A stretch of 64,000 nt of DNA. It comes from Podarcis melisellensis. Lineage: Eukaryota. Under the pieces are notes generated by a model that did not search any database, was not told where the DNA came from, and was given only the letters and a program-made list of their open reading frames with translations. This document shows, piece by piece, positions 38,917 through 52,686 of the stretch. Made by a program: the position numbers and the translations under genes. The stretch lies in NCBI GenBank assembly GCA_964234715.1, contig OZ174276.1; one strand, given 5' to 3'. Every line of letters starts with the position of its first letter. Position 1 is the first letter of the stretch.

Positions 38917-39021
38917 CTAGTGACTGCCTCCGCTCTTCCCGCCACCTGATGCCCAGTCGATGATGATGAAGCTGAGGCTCATGATCATGAAGAGCACGCC
39001 AAGGCATGCAAAGAGGGCTGC
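38917..39021 (-). CDS. SLC38A3: SLC38A3 last coding exon with stop
   Basis: AALFACLGVLFMIMSLSFIIIDWASGGGKSGGSH-TAG, matching the SNAT3 C-terminus. The 14 exons total 1402 nt and stay in frame. Confidence 0.96.
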   Translation of the reverse strand, partial: AALFACLGVLFMIMSLSFIIIDWASGGGKSGGSH

Positions 39022-40027
39022 CTGCGGGGGGAGAAAAAGAGGGTCACTCACAGAGAAGGAAAGGGGCTTTTTGGCCTGGCTCTTCACCCTGCTCCTCTAA
39101 CCTCCCCACCTAGATCAAGGATAGCCAGCTCGTAACTCACAGGCCAGATTTGGCTCTCAAAGGAATTTTAAGTGGTTCCTGGCAATCCTGCCCATTTTTG
39201 GTTCAGTAAAAGCACAGGCAGAACTTCTGGTCATGAAAGAAAGTGTCTCCTGAAGCCGCATGAGAGAATATATATCCAAGAATTCAATGTTTCGCTTCTT
39301 GCCTGGGTTTTATCTATGAAGCCGCCAAGCATGCCACACTATGAAACCCTGGTGCTACATAGCGCCAGCTTTACTTAAAGAGTGTGTCTTGTGCAGCCAA
39401 ATTTGTCCCTAGCTTCCAGGCCGCTGTCTGTAGGACAGAGTGATCCTTGCAGTTGGTCATCCCTCATCTACAACAAGTTATAACCTTCACAACCTTGTAC
39501 ATCGCTCTGATAATGTTTACGATGACAAAAACTTTGCTTTCCAAAGCTAGAGTTATTGATCTCTTCCCAGGTGAGAAAGCCTTATGGTCATATAAAATAG
39601 CCATAATTTTTCTCCTGTTAAGAGGTGAGAGGGAACCTGATGGAGGTATATCTACAAGGATGGCCCAACTGATTTTCTGTGCTCCTGACTTTACAACCTA
39701 TGGACTCGAGGTTACTGAGGTCAGAATTATGATGGTATCTGATTGTCTCTGAACCCCTGACTTGCGTTCTTGATTGATGAAAAGATTATTGGTGTCATGA
39801 GCAATTAGCAGCTCCCCAGATGAGAAGCATCCCCACAACTGCCTTCACTGAGAGGACAGTTCAAGAACAGCAGTGCCGGCAGGGCGATGTCCTCATGTGG
39901 ACAGTCTGAGATAGGAGGGCCCATTGGGCAGGAGGCCCACACCTCACACAACCAGCAGCACACCACACTCCTTTATAGACACCCCCAAAGGTCTCTAGGC
40001 CAAGCTGGGTTCCTAAACAGTACGTAC

Positions 40028-40131
40028 CAGGATCTTGGGAGGGGATTTCGTGGGCTCCTTGTCCTTGGGCATGATCCGGATGTAGAATATTGCTGGGAAG
40101 ATGAATATCAGGCAGGGGGCCGACGTGGCAC
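40028..40131 (-). CDS. SLC38A3: SLC38A3 coding exon
   Basis: ATSAPCLIFIFPAIFYIRIMPKDKEPTKSPPKIL; AG/GT; 104 bp. Confidence 0.96.
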
Positions 40132-40168
40132 CTGGAAGAGACCAGAAGAGAAGAAATTCTAGTGACAA

Positions 40169-40169
<1 letters not shown>

Positions 40170-40212
<43 letters not shown>
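40170..40212. repeat. (CA)n microsatellite
   Basis: Direct reading; ~40 bp upstream of an SLC38A3 acceptor. Confidence 0.95.
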
Positions 40213-40215
<3 letters not shown>

Positions 40216-41482
40216 CCAGAAAGAGAGAACACTAAGCTATCCACCCATCCTTCGCCACTTGTTTTTCCTAGGAGAAAGCAAAACAAGCTGTGCTGACGGG
40301 CCCCTGGCCTTGCCCCACATCCCTGGCAGAGGCCAGACAAGCTATTGATTTCCTGCCTTAGGAATGATGTTTTCTTTCTCTCCTCAAACAGTGGTTGGGG
40401 AGCTGGGAATGAAAAAAATAAAGTCCTTTGAAATCACACTGCAAACAAACAGGTTGCTGGCGGTAGCCTTGATCCTTGGGAAAACGGGGCCTTTGGGCAG
40501 CAGAATGGGAGACCGGAGATGTGGAGTTGCATCCATGTTCTCAAGGCAGCAGAGAGGAATTATTCTCCCCCAAGTAGTCTATATCATCATCCTGATTCAA
40601 GAGTTTATTTCATCACTGTGAAGATTGGATTGCTTTTCCAGCATCAGAGCTGTATCGGAGGGGTGATTTTTGTGTAAAAACTGCCCTTCTGTGGAGTACT
40701 ACCCGTAAACCAATACCCACAACAAATGCACAGCATACATTTAAAGCCCAAAGAATGCTGGGAAAGTATGTAGCTCTGCGAGGGTAAATTACAGTTCCCA
40801 GGATTCTCTGGGGGAAGCCATGTGGGTGTGCTTTAAATGCTGTGTATACAGTCCAAGTCAGAGTGCAACTCCGTTTTACAGGGAAGTAAAAATTACGATA
40901 TTGGAATTGGTTATGAGAAAGTCACTTGACTGCTTTTTCTACATGAAGGATTTTATGTTTTCCTCATGTGCTCTGAAGTTTAGCCACAGTGGAGACAGGA
41001 AGAAGAGCTGAAAGAGCTTTCTGCTTTCCTCCAGGGTATGAATTAGTCCCTTTCGACCAAAGAACCAGCTCATCTATCCTCCTCTCTGTGGCCCAAAGTG
41101 TATCATGGGAATACCACGACCCAATAGCATGTAGGATAATTTAAAGACAGGCAAAAGTGGGCTCCCATTTGGCTGTACAGTATTAGTGTGCAAGGGCAAT
41201 CCATGCAGTGCTTGCATCCAGCTTTTTAAACTTCCCTAATCTCTCTTTGTTAAAGGCTACCAGAACACAGGAACCACAAGGAAAGAAAGTGATCTGCTCA
41301 GGACACAAGACACATATCTTCTCTCCAACAGTTTTTCTAAAAACTTCCAAAATTTATATTATTGCATTACTGTAAGTCATATTTGCACGGTTCACCCAAG
41401 GGGAAGGTGCAGGTAGAGTGTGGCAATGGCAAACAAAGGGACTGAGGTTAGGAAAAAGAGAACCCTTGAAAGTGGGACTCAC

Positions 41483-41627
41483 CAATCAGTCCAAAGATGC
41501 CCAGGATGGAAGGAGCAAAAATGACAAGCAAGTTGATAGAGGTCAGCAGTATGACAGCAATTATCGTGTGCCGAATCCAGCTGAATTCCTTGTCTTGAAA
41601 CAGCATCTGCTGAATTGCCCGGCGTAC
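41483..41627 (-). CDS. SLC38A3: SLC38A3 coding exon
   Basis: VRRAIQQMLFQDKEFSWIRHTIIAVILLTSINLLVIFAPSILGIFGLI(G); AG/GT; 145 bp. Confidence 0.96.
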
Positions 41628-41858
41628 CTGGAGAGTGGAGGGAGGTATGGTAAGACTCCATTCTTAAGGAATAATGCACAATTCTTAACTGCACAAGAAC
41701 TTAGGCCTGCATTGACAACATATTCCCCATTTGTCCCCTTGTTCCACTGGGCATAAACATGATCTCTTCTGATTTTGGACTCCAATGCCTATTTGTAACC
41801 TGCATTTTGGTGGGCTCTGGTTGCTTCTGTCCATATCCCAGCCAATTCAATCCACTAC

Positions 41859-41901
41859 CCAACCAACCAACCAACCAACCAACCAACCAACCAACCAACC
41901 A
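41859..41901. repeat. (CCAA)n microsatellite
   Basis: Direct reading. Confidence 0.95.
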
Positions 41902-42744
41902 CCAACAGCCTTGACTTAAATGGAAGCTAGCAGTAGTGGCCAATTTGATGGGGTTATGCCACCCTTCCACCATCGGTGTTGCTGCAGCTTACCTAGCTTG
42001 TGTTAGGGCAGGGTGGCTGTCAGCGCTGTGTGGATGCACCAGCAGAACCACCAGATTGGCTACATCAGTGCATCCACACAGCCCTGACCTCACTGCTGCA
42101 GTGCTACAACCCCACCAGGAAAGCTGCAGCAACACTTATGTTCGGTGGTGGTGGTGGGTTGCTCCAGAGTAAAAAGACTTTTATCCCAGCATTGTGGTTG
42201 CTGTTGGGAACTTGTTCTGCAGATCCCTCCCTTTTGAGTTTAGCTTGTTGTGTTAAGCAGCATCCAGGTAGGCGGAGCTGATCTTTTCAGATCTTTACTT
42301 TTGTGGTTAAATTTGAACCAAGTCACAGGGCCCTGCTTCATACAAAGGGATAAATGTGCAGAACGGTGCCCAGGTTCTCTGGATCCCTAGCAACAAACAT
42401 GTCACTGCGGTAAGATATAAACTGATACTTGGGTTCCACCCACAGCAATCGTGAGACACCACAACAATCATTAATGCCCTTTTCCCTCTCCCTTGGTTTT
42501 CTACAGATGCTTAGATATTGCTTATTGCCCTTTCTAACTCTGCAGTGATCCTATGATTCCTGCTTTCAGCAACAGCCAGCCTTGTGCATTTTTGGAGTAA
42601 ACTATTTGTTCTCTGGTTCAGTTACCAATTATAGACAAGGATGGGCAGGCAGTCTAAAAAGGGGACAGTAGACAATTAGACTGGTTTCTGGTATGTGGTG
42701 TAGGAAACCACAGGCACACACAATTTGATGAAAAGGAGACTCAC

Positions 42745-42869
42745 CGGGAAGAGAACAATGGGTACCGTCAGTGTCACAGCAGTCAGCACAGCTACCCGCA
42801 CACACAGGATGAGCACATCAAACGGATCTACTCTGCTGTAGGTATGTAGCAGCTCTGATTCTACCTGGC
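42745..42869 (-). CDS. SLC38A3: SLC38A3 coding exon
   Basis: QVESELLHTYSRVDPFDVLILCVRVAVLTAVTLTVPIVLFP; AG/GT; 125 bp. Confidence 0.96.
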
Positions 42870-43202
42870 CTGCAGGGGACAACCAAGAACAGCACATCCA
42901 TTATTGATCAGGCTGTGTACCTAAGCAAGGTGTCTCTTTGCATCCCAGGTTTGGGGCACGACAGAACTGTTTCTTGGAAGGAAAGGCTATGTAGGCGTTT
43001 CTGCCCTAAATCTATGCATGTGAACAATGGAAGTGAATCCCACAGAATACTATGTATTAAATTGATACCACTGCCCTTCCTCCCAAATGACCCCAGGAGT
43101 TCCTACTTGCTTCCAAGCAAACATGCATAGGATTGTGTTGCACAAGATTAAAATAACAAGACAAAGCAATTTGGTTTGTTTGCAATGGAAGGACCCAAAG
43201 GA

Positions 43203-43247
<45 letters not shown>
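43203..43247. repeat. (AAT)n microsatellite
   Basis: Direct reading. Confidence 0.95.
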
Positions 43248-43248
<1 letters not shown>

Positions 43249-43558
43249 GTTACTATTATTATCTAAAAGTCCTTTAGCAAAATGCATGGGATGGGGCTAA
43301 ACTAGCTATTATGGCTGACTACTGGGAAATGTTTTGTAAAATGTGGAAAGAGCTCTGGCACTTGTGATTCTGATCAACGATTTGGGCACCAGAAGAATAT
43401 TCAGCATCTGTCCTAGTGAAGTGTTAGACGCCCCCACCCAAGGAAATTCTACACTCTGGTCCCAGGGAGGTGTATGTATATACTCAGTGAAGTCATTTGT
43501 CACCACCCCACTGCCTACCTCTCTTCCACCACTTGGGTACCCCGTGGAAGGGACTTAC

Positions 43559-43659
43559 CGTAGAAAGTGAGGTAGCCAAAAAGGGCAGCCAGGAAGTACA
43601 TGATGTACATGACAGCGATGGAGATGTTGGAGATGCACTGCATCTTCTTCTTGGTTGGG
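43559..43659 (-). CDS. SLC38A3: SLC38A3 coding exon
   Basis: PTKKKMQCISNISIAVMYIMYFLAALFGYLTFY(G); AG/GT; 101 bp. Confidence 0.96.
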
Positions 43660-44122
43660 CTAAACGACAGGCAGAAACACAGCATGAGAAGAACCGAATT
43701 CCTAACTGTTTAAAGGCACTTCCTTCCTAATCCCAGCTGCTTCTCTACACACCTCCTTGAAGACAAAGAGGTACCCAGCTAGAATGAAAGGCCCAAGATC
43801 TGAGATGTCCCCAGTTCATCCTGCCAAAGCAAACTATACAAGGCCACAGCTTATCTGATGACATGCCTAGCATCTCCCAAACAGGCCCTAGTTCCCTTGA
43901 GTGCTTGGAGATGATGTTCAGGCGAACCAAAGAAAGGGGAGCCTGATCAACGGAGTTCTATAAAGGATGCACTTGCTCCTTTACTAAATGGAATCAAACA
44001 GGTCATTTGCTGGCTTGGAGCTGCGGTCTAAGGGAGAATCACTGAGAATTTTCCTTGATGCGCAGTGCATGCATGCAATCTGCACAAAATGTACGTGCTG
44101 CAACTGTGGATCCAACACTCAC

Positions 44123-44202
44123 TCTTTCAGCTCCGTGTAGATAGGCAGGACCTCAGGGTGACACACAAAAGCGAATGCCATGATGGGGATAGTATAGGCT
44201 GT
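44123..44202 (-). CDS. SLC38A3: SLC38A3 coding exon
   Basis: TAYTIPIMAFAFVCHPEVLPIYTELK(D); AG/GT; 80 bp. Confidence 0.96.
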
Positions 44203-44913
44203 CTGCAAGGAAGAGAGAGGGAGAAGAAGAGGATGTCAGCTGACCAATGGGCATGCTCCCATTTCCAAGACCTTTGCTGTCATAGCCCTGTAGCAACTTC
44301 CAGTAAGGGGTACAACTACACATTACACTTTTCACTGGAAGCACAGCACGTGGGAAAAGGTCTCTCCAACCCTTCCCTCCTCAGCCAGGCTCCTGATCTT
44401 GCCTACGTTGGTGGTGGTGGGGGAAGTCTCTCATTGGCACAAACTGAACTTTTCTCACATCTTGCTCTTCTGATGCAGGTTCATCAGTTCTCACTCTCCT
44501 CTGCAATCCTGCCTTCCATGACCCACTTTTAGTCCTTTGGCCATGTTGCTCCTTGCACTTCAAACCACTTCACTGCTTCTATCTGTCAGGCTGCCTCCTT
44601 CCCTCTCCCTCCTTCAAACACCCGGCTCAAAACCTGATTGTTTAGCCAAGTCTTTCCACTGAACCACCCTGTCTTCCCTTTATCTGCCCTGTAGGTAACC
44701 CTAACCCATTCTCACTATAGCTCTATCAGTCCCCTCTACTTCCATCACATGGTCTGCCTGTGGTTCAGGATGCAAGACTGTCTCTGCACAGTGCCCAGCC
44801 TCAGTGTTGATCCTATAACCAGAGAACCAGATTCAGCCAGACAGGTTCTCGCAGATTTGATATGATATGTTACTTAGGTTAATGAATATTTATGTATTGT
44901 TTGCTAGTCTGAC

Positions 44914-45072
44914 CTGAGAGTTGAGGGTGAACAAGCTCGAAGAGCAGATGCCGTCTTCCACTGCTTGCTCATCCTGATTGTTGTTCATGCTGACTGGTGT
45001 GTAATTGAGGCTGACGGTGGTGTTGACCCGGTCAGGAAGAGGACAGGGAATGTTGAACTTCTTGTATATGAC
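44914..45072 (-). CDS. SLC38A3: SLC38A3 coding exon (large glycosylated extracellular loop)
   Basis: VIYKKFNIPCPLPDRVNTTVSLNYTPVSMNNNQDEQAVEDGICSSSLFTLNSQ; two Cys and the sequons NTT and NYT; AG/GT; 159 bp. Confidence 0.95.
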
Positions 45073-47280
45073 CTGAGATGGGATCAAGAAACCCTGTTAG
45101 GAATGATTGCCTGGGCTTATTTTGCCTTAGATCAGTCTCAACAATAGACAATAAATGTGTTTGTGGGTGTCTGTAAGAGTCAGTGTGGTATAATGGTTAG
45201 AAGGTTGGACTATGACCTGGGAGAGAAAGGTTCGAATCCCCACTCAGCCATGAAGCTGGGTGACCTTGGACCAGTCACCATCTCTTAGCCTGACCTACCT
45301 CACAGGGTTGTTGTGAGGGTGAAATGGGGAGAAGAACCATGGACACCATCATGAACTCCTTGGAGAAAAAGGCAGTATATAAACATGTGCAGTTTTGTGT
45401 TTGGGCTGCAGCTTTCCCACTCTTACCTACTGAATTAGAACAAATGGAAATCCGTGGTAAAGCTGATTGGTTGGTCCCATTCAGTGGTAACCTGCAGGCA
45501 GGCAAATGGAGGTGTGGACAAGTCCTTAGAAAGAGTGCCAACCAAACCACTTCAGAGAGGGAGTTCCACTACCAAGGGGCCACATCAGAAAAGGCCATGT
45601 GCTGGTGCAACCACTGACAGAAAAAAATGATGGTGTGGAGATGGGAATGGAGAGGGTTCCCACTTAAGGCATTCTAAAAGCATTTGGGCCACCACCATGC
45701 TAGCTGGCTATGTAGAACGACCATTCGTGCCTAATGTTTGGTCGCAACCCATTAGAACAGTGAGTGCAAGCAGGACAAAGTAGCCCAAGTGAGAATCACG
45801 CTGCAGCTATATTCTGCAAGATATCACAGCTATGCATATTTAGAGAACTGGGGTGTTAGAAAAAGCAAGATTCCTTTAGGGTAGTTGTTCTGATGAGAAG
45901 CCAGGGTGAAGGATGTGACTTAATTTGCTATGAATACTTCCTGCGACTGTTTCTTCAAGCACCAGTATTTTGTGTGATTAAATGACTTCTTCAGGTTTAA
46001 GACTTGGCTTTTCTTGGGAGGCTGACGGCAGCTTAAAAAGGGTGTAAAAGACAACAGGGAAACAAAACCCCACTGACTGTGCCTGCATCTCCTTCCCAGT
46101 GAACTGTGGGACTGGGTGAGCATGGACAGCCCCATTCACTGAGATCTCGGCTTTCTCCCTTCACCCTGCGCATCGGCACGAGGCTTCTTCTTTGTCCAGA
46201 AATAGATCAGTGTTGCTGACAAGGAAGCAAGAATGCTGTAACGCTTCTCTCTCGCTGGCTGTTGCTGAAATGGCTGGGGGCAGCACTTGCAAAACTGGAG
46301 TCATCACCCAAGCTTTGCAGCAGGAACTGATACAGAATTCTGCTCTGTTGGTGTGGATGCAGCCCAGAAGCGGGGGCATTTCAAGAGCAGGTTCAGGCTC
46401 TGGCAGGACCAGGTTCAGTTAAGACTGCTGGCTACTCGCAAGAGAACGATGGTTTCACAACAAGTGCCAGGCTCTGAAGCTCTGTTCCCATGGAACCTAA
46501 GTGCAAAATCCTGCCAGTGGGGAACTTATTTTTATTTGTTTTCATTTTGGCCTTTCTCCAAGGAGCTCAGGATAGCAGACACACTTCCCTTTTCCCCTAT
46601 CCTGCTTTCACCCTCACAACAACCCTGTGAGGTGGGTTGGGCTGAGAGAAGACCACCCAGTGAGCTTCATGTCTGAGCAGGGATTTGAATCTTGGTCCTA
46701 GTACAATATTTCATTACTATACCAAACTCTCTTCTTCTGAAATGAACATTTCACAAAAAGTATGCTTGTCGTTGTTGTTGTTGTTGTTCCACTTCCCTTC
46801 GAAGACTCTTAATTGGATCTCCAAGCAACTAATGCCAGTGAGGGAGCTGACAGGAGCTGACAAAGGCCTATAATTGGCTGCAAATCTGACATGGTGTGAC
46901 CCTGCATTACAATTGGAGGGTATTGAGTTCAAATTTCCACCCAGCCATGAAGCCCACTGGGTGACCTTCTCAATCTCTCAGCCAAATCTGCATCACAGCG
47001 TTGTGAGGATAAAAGTGGTATGAGGACGGAGGGGTGGGGGTGGGCTAGAAATGTTGCGCCAAACTCCTAGAAGGTAGCAGGGCAATATAAAAATGCCATC
47101 AGTTAATAACAAGACCACCATTTTATACTTATTTGGAAGTAAGCCCTGTTGAACTCAACGAGACTTATGTCTAAGTACGGTAGATGTGCCCAGGGTTGTG
47201 CTATCAAGAAATAAGTAACCCAAAATTACTAAGAGGACTTGAGATTAATACAAGCAGCTGCTCCCTACTCAACAACTCAC

Positions 47281-47339
47281 CGAAATAAGGAAGAACACCA
47301 TGCAGCTCAGGGAGAAACCACTGGCATAACCAAGATAAC
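47281..47339 (-). CDS. SLC38A3: SLC38A3 coding exon
   Basis: YLGYASGFSLSCMVFFLIS; AG/GT; 59 bp. Confidence 0.95.
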
Positions 47340-47782
47340 CTGGGAAGAGAGAAAACAAAAAGTTGCAGGGGTCTTGAAATACTTCTGGAATGGATCATTC
47401 TCCACTTCCTCAGGTGTTACAGACACCAACTCTGTTCAGGGACAGTAGTACCCTAGGGTGCAGAAACTGCCATGAGAAATGGCAGGTTCTGGGTTCATGA
47501 ATCACCCTCTGTCACTCTCTCACGTCTGGATGGGGAACCTGTGGAGTAACGGGAGATTCTGGGTACTTTCTGGCAGGACTAGACAGAACCAAGGCCTCCT
47601 TCCCCACCCACCCCGTCGCATGGGAGCCATTTCCCTGTGGTGTGATCTCAGGCTGCTAAGGAATATGTGCATATATATGAAAATTGTGTGGATCTCTCCC
47701 ATGTAATCGACATACCCTTTTGCACAACAAACCCACTGAAGCAGCTGCTGGTAACCCTCCATAAACGGCAGGTAAGACTTAC

Positions 47783-47865
47783 CCAATTGTTTCATGAGGG
47801 CCAGCGGGAGGATGATACTGACAGAGACCATGATGACTAGATAGTTCCCATTCATGTACCAGTCC
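47783..47865 (-). CDS. SLC38A3: SLC38A3 coding exon
   Basis: DWYMNGNYLVIMVSVSIILPLALMKQL(G); AG/GT; 83 bp. Confidence 0.96.
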
Positions 47866-48299
47866 CTGGAATGACAAAGGTCAACATTATATCCTCTGCA
47901 GGCCTTTGGATGAGAAAACTCTTAATAGTACATATATATCATCAGGTGACGCAAGGCCTGGAGCTTCCACCCAGGCCCTGACCAGGCCCAGGCCTGCTTA
48001 GCTTCACCAAGGTGACAGCATCCTGTGCCCTCAGACCCCACTGAGCTTTCCACACAGCAAGTTTTGTTCACACTGTAAGCATAAATTTGTGTGGGGCAAT
48101 GTCAGGAGAAACTTTGCAGTATCTGACACCGACTACAGTGTTAGATGCAAGAGAGTTTCTTCTGACATCACCTCATAAACTTGAACTTTGGTGCAGTTTT
48201 GCAGGTTATAAAATTTGACCTGCTTGAATTAACATTCTAAAATAGAATTTCAGCTCTACTTAGAAGTGGATAATGGACAACTAAGCACCAAAATCTCAG

Positions 48300-48625
48300 G
48301 TGGGATCGGCCTAGGCCTGGTATACCTGAAGGAGCGTCTCCACCCCCACTGAGGTCCAGCTCTGAGGGCCTTCCGGTGGTTCCCTCACTGCGAGATGTGA
48401 GGTTACAGGGGACCAGGCAGAGGGCCTTCTTGGTAGTGGCACAAGCCCTGTGGAACACCCTCCAATCAGATGTCAAGGAAATAAACAACTATCTTACTTT
48501 TTAAAGACATCTGAAGGCAGCCCTGTTTAGGGAAGTTTTTAATGTTTGATGTTTTATTGTGTTTTGAATATTCTGTTGGAAGCCACCCAGAGTGGCTGGA
48601 TATAAATCATCATCATCATCATCTT
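48300..48625 (+). mobile_element. L2 LINE 3' end
   Basis: AGGGCCTTCTTGGTAGTGGCAC..CTGTGGAAC.CCCTCC...GACATCTGAAGGCAGCCCTGTTT motif with a CAT-repeat tail. Confidence 0.7.
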
Positions 48626-51511
48626 ACTCCCCAAACCTGAAAATGGACTCAGAACTGAAAATTCCTTGGATGAGGGACTACCTGAGAACCCCTAATAAGT
48701 TGGTTGAGCTCCCTGGAGGAAAGGCGATTCAATATTTTATTTTCTCATTTATTCAAATCTGTATACTGCTTATCAAAAAAAGTACCAAAACAGTAGAAAA
48801 TATAAAACTACATTGGCATACTAAGTTCACAATCAATGGGACATGGAATTGGGTGCTCTAAGGGGGGCAATACAGTGTAAATATAAGCAAAATACTGCAA
48901 CGTTGTCCTAGCCTTCCAGCCACAGCAGTGTTGTTTGGTCAAGCCAAACCTAACAGAGCCTGTAGGGCAGGCAGCAATGACCCTGTATGTTGGACATTGA
49001 GGTTCACATGAAAGCCGGCGTCAAGCTATGATCTGCCTTGTATCTCAGCACAGCCCAGACAACACAAACCTCCCTGTCTCATGAATGAATAATGCTGCTC
49101 TTTGCAGGGGACAGCTGTGGCTGTGCTGTGCACATGAGGCTAAGCCATGTAGCTTGCCCCACTGACTTCCACTCATCCTGCTGAATCTGTCCCTGTCCCT
49201 GTGAAAGGCAGAGCCCTATAGCTGTTTGCCCTGTCAGAGTGTATAAAGTCAGATGAGCTTAAAGTGAAGCAAGATGCTGGCTTTGCTTTTGGTTCCAAGG
49301 CAGGCTGGTTTTGGGTCTCTGATCTTTCCTGCCTCTCCCCACCCACTGCTGACCTTCTCCTCCCCACTACCCCACATACCCCATGGCATTTCACGATCTC
49401 ACGAATCTTTCTGTGAGGCGGAGGAGGTTTTCGGCAGGCAACTCGGAATTCTGCCCCATCTCATATAAAGCATGCAACCAAAACACACTTTTCCAAGGTA
49501 ATCTGTACAACAATATGCTTACCCAATCTGCATTAAGATTTTTGGAAGGGAGGTTTGTGTTGGTTATTTTATTCTATGTGGCGAGGTTAAGGGGGAAAAG
49601 GGCTGGAGCACAGAAATTCACAAAGGCAAAAGGAGAGTCTTTAAAGGAAAGGGGGTAGGGGAGAGAAAGAGAGAGAAGAAAGCAAAAGAGAAGTGGTAGT
49701 GGTGGTAGGGCGAACTACTGAAAATGGCACAGGGTAAAGAAATTCTGCTTCCTGTCAGGCACTATGAGTCTCAAAGTACAGGGCCCCCAGGTCAAACAAT
49801 TATTTGCCCCACTGTACAGTCTGAGGGCAGAACTGCAGTGCATGCAGTCTTGTCCAATGTATCCAATATGGGGCAGCAGTGACAGCAGCAAGGGGCTTCT
49901 TCTAATAGTAAGTCAGCAGATAAAGCAGGGCCTAGTACAGGGGTGGGGGAAGCTTTTTCTGCCACAGTCTCCCATGGGCAACCTCCTGGGGCTGAACGGG
50001 CGCGGCCAGAGGGGAAACTAGGCAGAGCAAGAGATGACCATTAGATCATCAAAGCACCTGTGTTACTATTCTGACTGACTGGGTTAGCCCCTTCCTAGCC
50101 TGCAGCTACAGTAGCCATGGCCAGTTCGGCATAAACCTCCCTGAGAACTAAGTGGAATGTGTATCACACCGAGGGAAGGAAGGCTGCTGTTGGCTCAGCC
50201 CTTGACATGTCTCAGGTGAGCACCAAAGACACCTGGGAGTGAGAGACTCCCTGATGGCTGATGGCGAACCAGCACATTTCTTTAATAAATTTATATCCCC
50301 AACCCTTTCTTCCATCAAAGAAATCAAGGTGGTATCCATTGGATTCCCAGGTAATCTCCCATCATTCAGGCACTGACCAGACCCAGTCCTCCTGAGTTTC
50401 AACAAAATGGCCCCCGTGCATACCATCAGATCATACCCTAGGACTCTCTAGGATGTACCAACTCACTGCATTAACCCCTCAGCAACCAGAGAAGGTTGGT
50501 GCCTTGCACACAGGCTAAATGTGACGCATGGCAAAAGGGTTTCTGGAGCCCACTCAGCCTGTGAGCAGAATCACGATTCGGGCTGCTGCATCCAGGGCAG
50601 GGGCGGAGGAGGAAGTGATGCATCGTGCAAGGATTGGAAGTTCACTCTGGTCTAATCCCATGCCGAGGGTTTATTCAGCGCTGGCGTCAATCAAAAATAG
50701 TAGTGGCTTAATGCCGTGAAATCCCTGGGACAGGCTGCTCAGCAGGAGGCAAATCCCTCTGCTATGAGAGCGAGAGATGTTAGCTAGAGCTGAGCCACAA
50801 GCAGGGAGGGAGGAGAATGAATAAAGGAAGGGGGAAGATGGCTACGAGAGAGGAAAAGATGCCTAAGAGTATGCAGGAAGTAGCTTTGGTAAGGAGCAGC
50901 CTGGGCATTCCTATCATGCCCTGTACTAGCCTACAGTTCCCCTGAGGGTCCAGCACTGGGCTGATAACCAAAAGGAAACCTGTTTGCCTTGCCGGTTTGT
51001 CTCTTGGCCAGCTTCTCCAGCAGGCCTGTCTATGGCCACAACCACAATGTGTCCCCAAACCAACTTGCCACACAGCAAAGCCCAAGGCAAGCCTGTTGAG
51101 CAGCCACCACAGCCTCATTCCTCAGCAGCCTCCACACTGCCACTGCCTGGCTCCCCCCCTCTCATGGCTATAGTCCAATCCACAGTTTCCCAAACTTGGG
51201 TTTCCAGCTGTTTTTGGACTATATCTCCCATCATCCCTAACCGCTGGTCCTGCTAACTAGGGATGATGGGAGTTGTAGCCTCAAAACAGCTGGAAACCCA
51301 AGTTTCAGAAAGCCAATTCTAATCTGTTAGGTGCTGGGTATACTGGACCCGTTATACCAAGTCAAACGATGAGGGCACCTAGCTCAGTGCTGTCTACACA
51401 GACTGGCAGTGGCTTTTCAGGGCTTCAGGCAAGGGATAGTCCTAGCCTTACCTGGAGATGCCATGGACTGGTCCTGGGACCTTTGGCATGCAATGAATGT
51501 GCCCTTCCCTG

Positions 51512-51659
51512 CAGTGGCGTAGCGTGGGTTGTCAGCATCCGGGGCAAGGAAAGTAATTTGTGCCCCCTAACCCGTGGATTTGCGCCCCCTAACCCTAATC
51601 CCCAGATGTTGTGCCCAGTGTGGCCGGCCCCCCCTGCACCCCCCCATGCTACACCACTG
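51512..51659. mobile_element. hAT-type MITE nested in an older minus-strand SINE
   Basis: TIR CAGTGGCGTAGCGTGGG / CCCATGCTACACCACTG; perfect 8-bp TSD CTTCCCTG (51504-51511, 51660-51667). Confidence 0.9.
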
Positions 51660-52119
51660 CTTCCCTGTGAGTTATAGCCCTTCTCCTGCAACAAGGCTGA
51701 TAGCAGTATATGTGCCACAGAACTGGATTCGGCTACTCGGCTCCTTGCCACATACAGATGTGGTGGAAATGTGAGTGTTTGCTACCGCATGTCATGTGAA
51801 GCAGCAAGGACCATAGGGGAAGCCCACAAAAGATCCAGGAGCAGACCAGCCACCTGGATCAGGGTTAGGTAAAAATGGGGGACAGGGTTTGCCAGTTGTT
51901 CCCCACTGACAGTCTGCATCCATCAGGCTCTTCCATTAGACATTGGGAAGAAGGGCAGAGAGTGAGCAAGGCTGACAGAGCAACACTGACACCCCATAAC
52001 TGTTCATCTTCTGCTGAGCACAGCCATGTGATGCTATGGCCCATGGTGGTTGCAGAAATTGTCTGGGTAGGTAAGTTAGGAGTGATAAAGGCAGGAGCCA
52101 AAGGGAGGAGGACACTTAC

Positions 52120-52201
52120 GTTGTTTTCTCCTCCAGGTTGAGGAAGGTCTGGATGACGAGAGGCACTTCAGACTTCACAATGTACAGGTAGCTGGACATG
52201 G
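52120..52201 (-). CDS. SLC38A3: SLC38A3 coding exon
   Basis: (A)MSSYLYIVKSEVPLVIQTFLNLEEKT(T); AG/GT; 82 bp. Confidence 0.96.
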
Positions 52202-52380
52202 CTAGGGAAGGAGACAGAAGTTAACAGGGTGCAAAAGAGTCCCATTCAGATGAAGGGGAGTAAAGATGCTTGGGAACACCGCTGTGGCCCACTTTGCTGT
52301 CAGAAAGCCTTCCTGGGATGGGAACTGGTGTGTGTCTCTGTGCCATCTCCATAGCTGCTTCCTTTCCATGGCATCCTTAC

Positions 52381-52473
52381 CTCCAATATTCTGAAGTGTG
52401 ATGGCAACGGCAGCTGCCAATTTCCCTGGTGTTCCAAAAGCCCTGTAGCCCAGCTGTTCGTAGGCTCGGATTC
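52381..52473 (-). CDS. SLC38A3: SLC38A3 coding exon
   Basis: IRAYEQLGYRAFGTPGKLAAAVAITLQNIG; AG/GT; 93 bp. Confidence 0.96.
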
Positions 52474-52650
52474 CTAGACAACACCAAAAATTAATAGACA
52501 AGAGAGAAAGAGAGAGACAAAATGACTCACATCTGCACAAGACACACAACTGTTGGACAAACTGAGACTTCAGCCCAATGTAACAGGGATTACACTGATC
52601 ACCTAAGAGTCATTTTTAAAAGTCAAGTACTCAAAATGTCTGCATGAACA

Positions 52651-52685
<35 letters not shown>

Positions 52686-52686
52686 G
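52651..52686. repeat. (TAT)n microsatellite
   Basis: Direct reading. Confidence 0.95.

Noticed and set aside
41045-41080. Second hammerhead-like motif (GATGA...CGAAA on minus)
   Set aside because: Lacks the CUGA box and I found no convincing stems I and III.
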